In this document: positions 31,410 through 40,952 of the stretch, piece by piece
How positions within the stretch are numbered: position 1 is the first letter of the stretch
Layout: each line of letters begins with the position of its first letter
Origin: a virus
IMG/VR virus record: IMGVR_UViG_3300035670_000106
Span: 26,096-90,095 of that record
Length of the DNA: 64,000 nt
Reading direction: 5' to 3' (one strand)
Translations under genes and position numbers: made by a program
Notes under the pieces: generated by a model
Database searches by the model: none
Told to the model about the DNA's origin: nothing
The model's input: only the letters and a program-made list of their open reading frames with translations

Positions 31410-32663
31410 TTAGCTTCCTGTGCTACCAAATCCGCCTTCTCCACGAGCTGTATCTTCTAGAGAATCTACTTCTACAGTGAATATCGGTTCGTATTTTCTT
31501 AGTATTAACTGGAATCCTTTAAAAGGTAGTGGTAGCTCCTCTTCAGTGTGACTTCTAATAGCTACCATTATTTCTCCTACGTACTGTGAATCTATAATGC
31601 CCACACTATTGGCCAGTGAATGTCCACTTTTAGAAAGACTACTTCTTGGTACAAGATCAAAGTAGTAACCCGCAGGAGGGGATACCTTAAGTCCTGTATG
31701 GTACATATAAACATCTTTATAAAGTAGCTTACCTTTCCGTATAATAGTAAGATCTAGTCCAGCATCCCCTTCTAAAGCTACTTTAGGTATAACAGCATTT
31801 GGATCTACTTTATTAATCTTAACTTTAAATCCATCAAAACTGGTAAAGTTGTACGATAACGAAGGTACCCAGCCCTTTATATCTACGTAAGTATTGAACT
31901 TTCTATGCAGAACATCTGCCCCATCTCCTGAGTAGATATACTCTAAAAATTTAATAGCGTCTAGCCCCTTATTTATCTCAAAGCTATTTGAGTATACATA
32001 GCCTACATTAGTAATGTCTTTAATACTATGAAGCATAGAGGAAGAGTTAGAGTAAATACTTACTCTTGGTATCCCAGATTTTACACCAACATACCCGTCC
32101 CCTTCAAAGTACCCCCTAATAAAGTAAGGTTTCAAATCGTTAGAAATCTCGGGGAATTTTACAAGATCATGCTTCTTTCCAAAAGTATCTAACTGTAAAT
32201 GTTTGAGACAATCTTGCGCAAATTTATGCGAATTAATAGTAATTCCCAATAAATTATTGTCTTTTTCACAAATAGGTAGATCTCTAGAGATTAAGGATTT
32301 TAGGTATACTAAAGTGTCAACATCTATTTCTTTTATAAAGATAGATACTGAGTTTTGCCATATTGAGCCATCTGAAGCTATCCATCCCAACAAATACGCT
32401 TTTTCAGGGGTATCAATATTTTCCAAATAATTATCATTAAAATAATACCTAGTATTAGGGTTATTTCTACCACTAAATTCTTCTCTTTTTTGACAAAACT
32501 TACAAAAGTCTTTACCACCAGTACGTTGTCTTTGTTTATATATTATTCTATATTCTCTATCAATAATGCCTAAACACTTTGGGTGCTTACCGGAGTCACA
32601 GGATACTCTAAATATCTTGTGACTGCCTTCTGCAATATCTTTAGGTAAATTATCTAATATCAT
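31410..32663 (-). CDS. dut: LAGLIDADG endonuclease domain fused N-terminally to a trimeric dUTPase
   Basis: AYLLGWIASDGS and FIRGYFEGDGY helices; C-terminal AGLDL, PRSS, GIIDSQYVGEI, RGEGGFGSTG. Confidence 0.85.
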   Translation of the reverse strand: MILDNLPKDIAEGSHKIFRVSCDSGKHPKCLGIIDREYRIIYKQRQRTGGKDFCKFCQKREEFSGRNNPNTRYYFNDNYLENIDTPEKAYLLGWIASDGSIWQNSVSIFIKEIDVDTLVYLKSLISRDLPICEKDNNLLGITINSHKFAQDCLKHLQLDTFGKKHDLVKFPEISNDLKPYFIRGYFEGDGYVGVKSGIPRVSIYSNSSSMLHSIKDITNVGYVYSNSFEINKGLDAIKFLEYIYSGDGADVLHRKFNTYVDIKGWVPSLSYNFTSFDGFKVKINKVDPNAVIPKVALEGDAGLDLTIIRKGKLLYKDVYMYHTGLKVSPPAGYYFDLVPRSSLSKSGHSLANSVGIIDSQYVGEIMVAIRSHTEEELPLPFKGFQLILRKYEPIFTVEVDSLEDTARGEGGFGSTGS

Positions 32664-32851
32664 TGCCCATTCCTCATTATTTCTTTAACTCTATAAGTAA
32701 TCCAGTCAGCTGTTTTTCCATAGTTCTCGATACCGGACATACTAGCACTAACTTCCAAATTATAGATTTGTTTGAGAATGCCTCTAGCATCCTCAAAATT
32801 AGGAAGGTTATATTCATTTTTAACTAAGTCTAACGCTTCTAACGCTGTCAT
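32660..32851 (-). CDS. Hypothetical protein
   Basis: 63 aa, translationally coupled on both sides, GAGG RBS. Confidence 0.5.
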   Translation of the reverse strand: MTALEALDLVKNEYNLPNFEDARGILKQIYNLEVSASMSGIENYGKTADWITYRVKEIMRNGQ

Positions 32852-33675
32852 AAGTATTCCTCTAATAGGTTATCAATATCTTTAGTATGGAGTCCTATTG
32901 CGTCCTCACAGAAAGATAATAAGTCCATTAATTCATAATTTAACAAAATGGTATCCTTGTGCTTATTAAGACTTTGAATATACTTATACTTGCTATTAAT
33001 AGGTATAGCTGCTGCAATATCCAAGGCTGAACCATATTGTTTAACCAAATCGGAAGCCCTTTTAGGGCCTACGCCTTCTACTCCCTTTACATTATCTCCT
33101 GTATCGCCAGTTAGACACTTAATACTGATGTATTCCTCAATATCACAGTCATAATGTGTATTCCAGTTTTCAAAAGTAACTTCTTTTCTAGTTACATAAG
33201 AAAATCTACTGGTATTCTCATTAACTAATAGATCCCAGTCCCTATCTGAAGAAATAAGCCATTTATTATAGTTTTTTATATTTTTAACAATGTAAGCTGC
33301 AATATCATCAGCCTCTACACCATCAAACCTCAGTACAGGGTAGATTGTGCTAATTTGAAGCATAGTAGCTTCAAATTCTTTAAAAAATGCTTCAAACTGC
33401 TCTCGTTCCTCGTCAGTTTGATTCTCGAAACGTTCCTTACGGTTAGCCTTATATTCAGGGTAAATAGCTTTTCTGTAAGATGAAGAACCTTTATCACAAG
33501 CAATAATAACTTTAGCCGCCTTATATGATTTTTTAAGACTATCTACTACTCTAATATAATCTTCAACGAAAGTAGAAGATTTAGCATGAAGATACCTAAA
33601 AGCTAAATTAAGTCCATCTACAATCATTAAAGTATTGTTATCAACTTCTTTAAGTACGCCAAAACTTTTACTCAT
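32848..33675 (-). CDS. 5'-3' exonuclease / flap endonuclease (T5 D15-like)
   Basis: IVDGLNLAFR, PEYKANR, GVEADD, SSDRDW, GDTGDNVKGVEGVGPKRA. Confidence 0.92.
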   Translation of the reverse strand: MSKSFGVLKEVDNNTLMIVDGLNLAFRYLHAKSSTFVEDYIRVVDSLKKSYKAAKVIIACDKGSSSYRKAIYPEYKANRKERFENQTDEEREQFEAFFKEFEATMLQISTIYPVLRFDGVEADDIAAYIVKNIKNYNKWLISSDRDWDLLVNENTSRFSYVTRKEVTFENWNTHYDCDIEEYISIKCLTGDTGDNVKGVEGVGPKRASDLVKQYGSALDIAAAIPINSKYKYIQSLNKHKDTILLNYELMDLLSFCEDAIGLHTKDIDNLLEEYL

Positions 33676-33910
33676 TTACTTGTTCCCAATATACTATTCC
33701 TTCATCAATAATAGCTTTATATGTAGGCACAACACACCTGTCACTTATTTCATCGAACTGATCACTAATACCATAGTATTCAATACTATTACTCACATAC
33801 ATAACCTCTGCCCTTACTATAATTACATCTTTTAGAATCTTTAATACAGTTCGCGGAGAAGTATTAATTAATTCTAGTGGCAGACTAAACTTTCCTTTTC
33901 GTTTTGTCAT
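33668..33910 (-). CDS. Hypothetical protein
   Basis: 80 aa, overlaps both neighbours. Confidence 0.5.
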   Translation of the reverse strand: MTKRKGKFSLPLELINTSPRTVLKILKDVIIVRAEVMYVSNSIEYYGISDQFDEISDRCVVPTYKAIIDEGIVYWEQVNE

Positions 33911-34359
33911 ACAAACCTCGGGGCCTCATTAAGTATCCAGTCTTCCAATTTAGCAACATAAAATTCATGGCCATCTATATTTAGAAATGCCCATCTATAA
34001 TTTGCATTCTCTGGTAACTCCTTAAATGCAACAAATATTTTACTACGATCGAACTTAAAAATCAAGAGAGGTTTTCTACTTATCTGAGCTGACTCTCTAA
34101 TTGTCTGTTCCCACCATTCAATTAATTGTGGCATTTTATCTGTAAAAATTTTAGAGGTAAAATGATCTGCTTTATAATGTTTAACTTCTATACAGAATAT
34201 ATTAAGAGAGTTAGCAATATACAGGTCCCCCTTTAACCCGTGACTTGCATGTAGTCCACCAGAAAGAGGTACCCTCTTAAAATCTATTCCAGTAAGTCTT
34301 TTAAGTTCTTTAGCTACAGCTGTTTCAGCTCTAGCCCCTTTTTCTCTGCTATCTACCAT
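33907..34359 (-). CDS. D14-like PD-(D/E)xK nuclease / Holliday junction resolvase
   Basis: SREKGARAE, RVPLSG, KGDL, IEVKHY; T5 synteny. Confidence 0.8.
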   Translation of the reverse strand: MVDSREKGARAETAVAKELKRLTGIDFKRVPLSGGLHASHGLKGDLYIANSLNIFCIEVKHYKADHFTSKIFTDKMPQLIEWWEQTIRESAQISRKPLLIFKFDRSKIFVAFKELPENANYRWAFLNIDGHEFYVAKLEDWILNEAPRFV

Positions 34360-34919
34360 TATACTTTTCTTAATATTAGTTCAATGGCACATTCCGGGCC
34401 ATCTTCTGGACCCGTCTGGTCTACTTGCTTGGAAGCAATCCAATCGAATCCGTCTTCAATACGTTTAATACTGATTATCTCAGTATCTTTCCATACTAGC
34501 TTAAGCAAGTCAGTAACATTTAAAGATTTTGGTAGTCTAGAGTTACCTTGGTATATTTTAAAAGACCATTTATGATCTGTATTAAACTTAGAAGGCCACA
34601 TATTATGCTCATAAAGTTCTTCATCTGGAATACTAATTACAATATAACCTCCAGGCTTACAAACTCTAACCCAGTTCTTAATTGCTACTCTAGGGTCCAT
34701 CATATGCTCTAAACAGTGGGAGCTATGGACAAAATCTTGTGAGTTATCAGAAAGAGTTTTCAAATATTGAGCATCGCCATCTTTTAGATCCCAGTCATAT
34801 GCAGTATACCCATGCTTAGATATACAATCCGGACCCGCTCCAATATCCAAGCCACTTCCCTTAAAGAGTACATTATTGTACTCTCCTCGTCTTTTTATTG
34901 CTTTAGTAGCCTCATACAT
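34359..34919 (-). CDS. Class I SAM-dependent methyltransferase
   Basis: GLDIGAG, DFVHSSHCLEH, RVCKPGG. Confidence 0.8.
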   Translation of the reverse strand: MYEATKAIKRRGEYNNVLFKGSGLDIGAGPDCISKHGYTAYDWDLKDGDAQYLKTLSDNSQDFVHSSHCLEHMMDPRVAIKNWVRVCKPGGYIVISIPDEELYEHNMWPSKFNTDHKWSFKIYQGNSRLPKSLNVTDLLKLVWKDTEIISIKRIEDGFDWIASKQVDQTGPEDGPECAIELILRKV

Positions 34920-36715
34920 TATTCTAACCTCGATATGTTATTTTCCTTAATTACTGTAATTTTTTCCAGTAAGGGGTGTGTAAATCCATGGGAAATAAGA
35001 AAAGTATTAAGATGCTCCTCTTTTAACAAAACCTCCACTAGCTTCTCCTTTCCGTCAGTATCTAGACTATCAATAGTTTCATCTAGTACGAGTAAATTTA
35101 TACGTGCATTGGATAAAGATTGCATTAGTTTTCTAATAGCTAGTAGGGTAGCCGTATTAACTCTGGCCTTTTCTCCTCCTGATAGCGCAACAATATCAAT
35201 ATCTACCCCATTATCAGTAATAATAATATTAAGTTTATCACTAGCAGTTACTTTAAAGGTTAACTGAAATCTGCCATCACTTAGTTCAGCTAGGTACTTA
35301 TTAGCAAGATCCTCTAGATCCTTTACTAGACATTCGATTTTATAAGCAATTAAACCACTAGTACTAAAAGTTTTTTGAAGAATCTGTAGATAGCTTAATT
35401 TTTCTCCTACAATTGCAAGAGATTCATTATACTTTACTAAATCTTCTTCCATTGAAGCCATCTGTTCAGAGATAACAGAAATTTTAGAGTTATTAGCACT
35501 TGCGGTCTTATTAAAAGACTCTATCTCTTTAATTTCTTTATATAGAGTATCTAACTTACTCTCTAAATCTTTAATAGTACCAAGAAGATCCTCACTATCA
35601 ATAATCTTTTCAGGTAGGCTATCATCAATTAGACTATGATACTGCTCATATTCCGATTTTAGTCGCTGGGCCTCTTCATACCTAAGTTTTGTTTCTCGAT
35701 GCTCTGCCAACTCCTTATTAATTTTATTAAGAGCTTCCTGAGCAGTAGCTTTAATAACTTCCTGGTCATTAATCAATTCTTCTAGTTTTTGTCTATTAAT
35801 TAATTGTAGACAGGTTGGGCAAGTACCATCGAGATGTGCTATTTTACTAATAAAAGCCGTAGCATCTTTAATAGTTTTGGATAGCTCCCCACTATGTTTT
35901 ACAATATGGGAATTATCGATTGGAGGTACTGCATCTTTTATAGAGCTAACATCGATACTCTTTAGATTGGCTTTATACTGGTTATTTTTTGTAATCTGTT
36001 TATTAGAGTATTCTACACCCTGCAATTGAGCTTTAGTATCTGTTAAATCCTGCTGCACTTTAGGGTCAATAGTAGGAAGCTCTTTTAGTTCTATGTAGCT
36101 AAGAGGTACTTTAGAATTTCTATCAATCCAACTTTGAGTAGTTTTTATAGAAGTTTCAATTGATGATACTTCCTCACTAACTTCCTTAACTGCGGCTTTA
36201 AATACTTCAAATGCTTCAACGTACTTATCTAAGTTTAACAAATCAATAAGAAATTTTTTCCTATTAGAATCTGTTGCAGTAAGGAACTCCAAACTACTAC
36301 TACTAGATTGGTAAATAAGTTGAGAGAAGGCTTTATTGTCTAGCCCAAAAATACTCTCTATCATTTTAAATGTAGCGGTAGCAGTATGAGCACTAATATC
36401 CACACCATCTTTCAGTAGCTTTACTACTTGCGTGCTACCTCTAGTAGTACTAATTTCATACTCATTACCGTCTTTAGTAAAAGTAAGATTTATACTATAG
36501 CTTTTATCTTTAATATACCTATTAAGAATATCGGCTTTTTTAATACCTTTGGAATTTTTATTATAAATAGCTTCTTCTAAAATTAGAGGAATGCTTGTTT
36601 TTCCGTGACCGTTCCTACCTACTAATTGGGTAATCGGGTCTTTATTGAAGCATATATAATTACCTCTTCCATAACTAAATAAATTATCAAAGCTTAATTT
36701 TTTGAGCGTAATCAT
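34919..36715 (-). CDS. SbcC/Rad50-like ATPase (T5 D13-like)
   Basis: GRNGHGKTS, CPTC zinc hook, LSGGE, LDE, ISH. Confidence 0.92.
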   Translation of the reverse strand: MITLKKLSFDNLFSYGRGNYICFNKDPITQLVGRNGHGKTSIPLILEEAIYNKNSKGIKKADILNRYIKDKSYSINLTFTKDGNEYEISTTRGSTQVVKLLKDGVDISAHTATATFKMIESIFGLDNKAFSQLIYQSSSSSLEFLTATDSNRKKFLIDLLNLDKYVEAFEVFKAAVKEVSEEVSSIETSIKTTQSWIDRNSKVPLSYIELKELPTIDPKVQQDLTDTKAQLQGVEYSNKQITKNNQYKANLKSIDVSSIKDAVPPIDNSHIVKHSGELSKTIKDATAFISKIAHLDGTCPTCLQLINRQKLEELINDQEVIKATAQEALNKINKELAEHRETKLRYEEAQRLKSEYEQYHSLIDDSLPEKIIDSEDLLGTIKDLESKLDTLYKEIKEIESFNKTASANNSKISVISEQMASMEEDLVKYNESLAIVGEKLSYLQILQKTFSTSGLIAYKIECLVKDLEDLANKYLAELSDGRFQLTFKVTASDKLNIIITDNGVDIDIVALSGGEKARVNTATLLAIRKLMQSLSNARINLLVLDETIDSLDTDGKEKLVEVLLKEEHLNTFLISHGFTHPLLEKITVIKENNISRLE

Positions 36716-37640
36716 GATAAACACCTAGAACTTTATCAATAGTATTAGGACTTACATTTAGAATGTAGGTCAAATAGTCGGTTATTTCTTCTTCAATAGA
36801 CATTTCTGGAGATAGTATAAGTGTAGTATCTACATTACGTTTAGTTATCTTTTTGTCCATTAGAGCATTGTCAGTTACTGCAGAAAGTTCAGATATATCC
36901 CCTTCCACTTCATATATAGTATGATCGGGATAGGTCGCGAGCATCGGCTCGCCAGCCTGGATAGTTTTTCTTAGTAATTGAGGTAAATCTAAGGCAAAGA
37001 ATTTACTATCTAAGGTAACAGTATCCAACAGAATAACCCCTGTGTCTACCTTATTACGGTGAAATGAGGTAGTAATAGGAGAGCCAGGATACTTGATATT
37101 ACGTTGACAGTTATCATACGAATGAAGATCCCCTGCTAAAACTACTTTCCATCTGTCAAATATTGATAGGTCGATTTCAGGTTTAACATGTGGAGGGATC
37201 TCTCCTCTAACATGAGTTACTAGAATATCGCTATGGAAATCAATATCTGCTGGAGTATACTGTTTTAACTTATTATAGGGTATAAAATCAATACCAAACT
37301 CAGTGTGAAAATCATCAATAATTTGTACTTTACTATTAAGCCTAGAAGTTAATTTTTTCAGATAAGAGAGAAATGTAGTATCTTTCTTTAGTGCCTCATG
37401 ATTACCAGAAATTATTCTAGTTTCACACTTGCACCCAGCTACAAACTCGTAGTACAGTTCAAGCTCCTCTAGCGAAGGGACTTTATCAAAGAAATCACCT
37501 CCTAAAATATGAACATCTACTTCGGCCTCTAGTTTATGTAACTCATTAAATAGCAAGTGAAACCTATTTCTAGCCCATTCTACAGGAATATTTTTAGTAC
37601 CTAACTTTATATGATGATCGGCGCTAAAAAGTATTTTCAT
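36687..37640 (-). CDS. SbcD/Mre11-like metallophosphoesterase nuclease (T5 D12-like)
   Basis: ADHH, GGDFFD, GNHE, GDLH, YPGSP. Confidence 0.92.
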   Translation of the reverse strand: MKILFSADHHIKLGTKNIPVEWARNRFHLLFNELHKLEAEVDVHILGGDFFDKVPSLEELELYYEFVAGCKCETRIISGNHEALKKDTTFLSYLKKLTSRLNSKVQIIDDFHTEFGIDFIPYNKLKQYTPADIDFHSDILVTHVRGEIPPHVKPEIDLSIFDRWKVVLAGDLHSYDNCQRNIKYPGSPITTSFHRNKVDTGVILLDTVTLDSKFFALDLPQLLRKTIQAGEPMLATYPDHTIYEVEGDISELSAVTDNALMDKKITKRNVDTTLILSPEMSIEEEITDYLTYILNVSPNTIDKVLGVYHDYAQKIKL

Positions 37641-38044
37641 CTATTAAAATAGCCTCTAATAAGATTAATAGGGAATAGGGGTAAAGGTAGCATAAAACTA
37701 TATTTGTGCTTCGTTTCTTTGAAAAAATCTTCTTTAGAAAGGGCTTTTTTAGTCCAGTTATCAAACCATAGGTCACCCACTTGAGCTACAATATGATGGC
37801 CTCCGCTCTCGGTACGAACTTTGTGTAACCGATGTTTAAATACTATACAAGTATTCCAGAGGAACTTAAACAAACTTTCATCGTTAATCAACCAAATAGT
37901 AGTTAAAGCAAAGTCATCACAATCGCCAAAATAGGAACCGCTACGCTCTTTTAAAACAGACCAAGAATCTATTACAAAAAACTTCCTATCTGCTCTATAT
38001 TCAAATTTATCACGCATTATATTTAGTGCATGTTCAACCTTCAT
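37637..38044 (-). CDS. Transglutaminase-like cysteine protease-fold protein
   Basis: GDCDDFA catalytic Cys motif, HHIVAQV His, WFDN Asp. Confidence 0.65.
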   Translation of the reverse strand: MKVEHALNIMRDKFEYRADRKFFVIDSWSVLKERSGSYFGDCDDFALTTIWLINDESLFKFLWNTCIVFKHRLHKVRTESGGHHIVAQVGDLWFDNWTKKALSKEDFFKETKHKYSFMLPLPLFPINLIRGYFNR

Positions 38045-38058
38045 ATTGTCTCCTTAGA

Positions 38059-38099
38059 CAAAAAATGCCACATAGTCAAAGACATAGTGGCATTTTTAT
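38059..38099 (-). terminator. Probable intrinsic terminator after D11
   Basis: AAAAAATGCCAC...GTGGCATTTTT inverted repeat. Confidence 0.6.
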
Positions 38100-38104
38100 A
38101 ATTA

Positions 38105-38740
38105 TTAACCTAGCTCGTTAATAGCTTCCTGCTCGTCAGCACTAGCTTCTTCTGGCTCTCCAGAAGTAAGTTTTTCCAATGCGGCTTTAATTTCTGAAGC
38201 AGTAGCCCGTGGATATTTAGAATCAATATCCTCTGCAGCATCTGCTAGAGCACGTTCCTCAGGGCTAAGGCTGCGCTTTTTACAACGAAGAACCTGAAGA
38301 GTGTATTCTACGTTAAAGGGAAGAGGGCCAGTCTTGGCACGTTTAAATACCACGTCCCACCCAGTATCATAATCAGTAGGATCGCCAAGGTCCTCTGCTG
38401 CACTAAGAATCTGTTCAAAAAGCTTCTTTTTCAGATTCAGTACTTTAACTTTACCATCTTTCGGATCAATACAGTTAATACTGTATGCCCAAGAACACTT
38501 CTTCTCAGGGAAGTACTCTGGAACATGGTCAACTTCCAGATTGTTAAATTTTTCAGCATTACGATCAAACGCCAAACATTCAATAGGAATATCCTTATCG
38601 TTTGTACCTTTTAGCCAGTATACATAACGAGGTAGAACCCCGCCAATTAGACGTACTACATTCTCTCCGTCTTTATACTCAAAAGCCTCAATAGATTTCT
38701 TTTGTGCTTTGCCTTTAGTTTCGCCGAATTTAAGAGCCAT
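38105..38740 (-). CDS. ssDNA-binding protein (T5 D11-like)
   Basis: GVLPRYVYW, LNLKKKLFEQI, DPTDYDTGWD, KTGPLPFNVEY; acidic C-tail. Confidence 0.8.
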   Translation of the reverse strand: MALKFGETKGKAQKKSIEAFEYKDGENVVRLIGGVLPRYVYWLKGTNDKDIPIECLAFDRNAEKFNNLEVDHVPEYFPEKKCSWAYSINCIDPKDGKVKVLNLKKKLFEQILSAAEDLGDPTDYDTGWDVVFKRAKTGPLPFNVEYTLQVLRCKKRSLSPEERALADAAEDIDSKYPRATASEIKAALEKLTSGEPEEASADEQEAINELG

Positions 38741-39111
38741 TATATTTCCTCGTATTTAAAATGTATTTCAGTGTTAGTTACATAAAGTAAGGGATTATGT
38801 TTGATACTATCAGGGTTTATTTCTGGATAGTATGCAAGTGGTAAGTTTTTAATTCCGTATAGTGAATATAGAGTATAATCTCGCCTAGACGCTAAAATTA
38901 AGTACTGATACTTATAAAGTACATCTACGGCATTCTCTTGGAAAATCCCTCTTGGGTTAAGAAGGTAAGAATACGCTTTATTAGAAAGTTTAGTTTTTAC
39001 ACCATACTTAAGTATTCTCCCTTCATAAAGATCTTTCAGTAAAGAAATAACCTTGAGTGGGTCATTCTTTCCTAGTTCTTTAGCTTTATCAAAATTAAAA
39101 AAGAATGTCAT
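38740..39111 (-). CDS. Conserved T5-like hypothetical protein
   Basis: Synteny between D10 and D11; QY..LASRR motif. Confidence 0.6.
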   Translation of the reverse strand: MTFFFNFDKAKELGKNDPLKVISLLKDLYEGRILKYGVKTKLSNKAYSYLLNPRGIFQENAVDVLYKYQYLILASRRDYTLYSLYGIKNLPLAYYPEINPDSIKHNPLLYVTNTEIHFKYEEI

Positions 39112-39129
39112 GTCTCACCCACAAATAAT

Positions 39130-39158
39130 ATTATATCACTTTAGGTGATATTTATCAA
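39130..39158 (-). promoter_or_regulatory. sigma70 early promoter
   Basis: TTGATA-17-TATAAT on - strand; spacer contains ATATCAC/GTGATAT inverted repeat. Confidence 0.8.
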
Positions 39159-39168
39159 GTCAAAAATT

Positions 39169-40455
39169 TTAAAGGTATTCTATCTGCCAACCTTTTTCTA
39201 GGTACAACGCTAGACGTGTAGCGTTTTGTGCTTTCTCAGACCTTCCGCTAAAGTTTATATCAATAACTTCCGGGCTTAGCTTTCCTTCTGATAGTCTCAT
39301 AATCCGTCCTATTAACTGCTCTAGGTTGGAGTGATTTACAATTGGAACTGCCAAAATAAGACAACTTAAGCTATTTAGTGATATACCTTCTGAAAAGATA
39401 TTTCTAGAACCACATAAAATATCGCATTCTCCGCTAGACACTTTATCCAGTTCTACATGCCTTTCCTTAGTTTCGCCAACTATGTAGGTAGCCCTACTAC
39501 CTAGGCGTTCGCTAACCTTTTTTAGAAATTCAACTCTATCAGCAATTACAAGTACTTTATGTCCTTTATTTCCTTGAACAGCTGCCATTGCTGCAATTAC
39601 TTCTATATATTCAGGCAACTCCAAAAGAGAAGTTACTCTGTTAGCCCAAGTTTTACCAGACGGTAAGGATATTTTAGATTTTAATATGCTAATTTTAGGG
39701 TTAAGAGTATTATTCTGCTTTGGACGTAGTACATTATGCCCAAAGTAGTCAGGAAACATTATATGCTTACCATCCTTACGTTTCATAGTACCACTAAGTG
39801 CAATCCTATACCTAGCGTGCATTGAATCTATTAGCTGAGTGAATGTGGTGGCAGGGGTATGATGCGCCTCATCTAGTATAATAGTTCCAAACACTTTGGA
39901 GATCTTATCAACAACACGTACAATTGACTGAATATTACCTACTACAATAGGATGGTCATCAACATCAAATTTACCAGAGCCAATAATTCCTGGTTTAATT
40001 CCAAATAGCTTTTCTACTTCTTGTACCCATTGGTCCCGCAAAGCCATAGTATGGGTCACTACTAGTGTCTTCTGCCCTAGCTTGTGTGCTACATGCAAAG
40101 CGGTGAATGTTTTTCCCCAACCAACTAAAGCATTAATAAATACTGTATCTTCTACTTGATCATAAACAACCTTCTGCTCGTCAAATAGATCAAATTTAGG
40201 TTCTGGAAAATCTGCGAATTCAATTACTCGCTTATCAACGATCTCATACCCTTCCGGTATAAGATCAAGTCTACCTTGTGGAATGCTTACAACTTTAGTA
40301 TTAAGCATTCTATAATTACGAATAATCTCTACATTAGCATATTTTACAGAGTTTTCATTAGTAACAATACGATAGGTTAAGGTATTAAATAGTTTCTGCT
40401 TATCTGGAGGTAAGTCCATATAAATTCTATTGGAAATTATAGCTTTAGGCATCAA
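39169..40455 (-). CDS. SF2 helicase (T5 D10 / UvsW-like)
   Basis: GWGKT, DEAHH, LSGT, QLIGRIMR. Confidence 0.9.
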   Translation of the reverse strand: MMPKAIISNRIYMDLPPDKQKLFNTLTYRIVTNENSVKYANVEIIRNYRMLNTKVVSIPQGRLDLIPEGYEIVDKRVIEFADFPEPKFDLFDEQKVVYDQVEDTVFINALVGWGKTFTALHVAHKLGQKTLVVTHTMALRDQWVQEVEKLFGIKPGIIGSGKFDVDDHPIVVGNIQSIVRVVDKISKVFGTIILDEAHHTPATTFTQLIDSMHARYRIALSGTMKRKDGKHIMFPDYFGHNVLRPKQNNTLNPKISILKSKISLPSGKTWANRVTSLLELPEYIEVIAAMAAVQGNKGHKVLVIADRVEFLKKVSERLGSRATYIVGETKERHVELDKVSSGECDILCGSRNIFSEGISLNSLSCLILAVPIVNHSNLEQLIGRIMRLSEGKLSPEVIDINFSGRSEKAQNATRLALYLEKGWQIEYL

Positions 40456-40952
40456 ATCTTCCTTCTTGTATCAGCATGGTACTCCTTAGTAAAACCATAT
40501 AGTATATGGGATTTATTTAATTTTAAAAGACTGACATACTTTTGCTCTACTGTCGGAGGGTATAGTGAGATGAATCTGCTAGGAATCCCTTCTGCTTCTA
40601 TTAATACCCCACCACTAATTCTTATAATATTAAGTATTTTTTTAGATATTAGTGTAGCCATTGTAGATTTAATATATTGAAATATCCTCCCAGCACTATC
40701 AATATACCACAATTTAGGGTCGGAATCTCTAATTAGATCTCCTAGAAAAAAGTAAGCTCTAGTTAGTTTTGCCATTTTAGTACTACTCTGCATAATTAAT
40801 CTTCTTTTTGCTAAAGTAGGTGCTTCTACACTTCTATCGTCCAATACCTCAATGGAATTATCAGCCTTCAGAAAGAAAGCTACTCCTTCCTCCTGCAGGG
40901 GTTTAATATACCCTACTCTATACACGGGAAAGGATATTTCCTTTAAGTTCAT
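40452..40952 (-). CDS. Conserved T5-like hypothetical protein
   Basis: FPVY...LDDRSVEA.TL..RR; between pol and D10; ATG 40952 preferred. Confidence 0.6.
   Translation of the reverse strand: MNLKEISFPVYRVGYIKPLQEEGVAFFLKADNSIEVLDDRSVEAPTLAKRRLIMQSSTKMAKLTRAYFFLGDLIRDSDPKLWYIDSAGRIFQYIKSTMATLISKKILNIIRISGGVLIEAEGIPSRFISLYPPTVEQKYVSLLKLNKSHILYGFTKEYHADTRRKI

Noticed and set aside
31410-32663. Intein in dUTPase
   Set aside because: No N-extein, no Cys/Ser start with His-Asn end; the dUTPase motifs are contiguous after the LAGLIDADG part.
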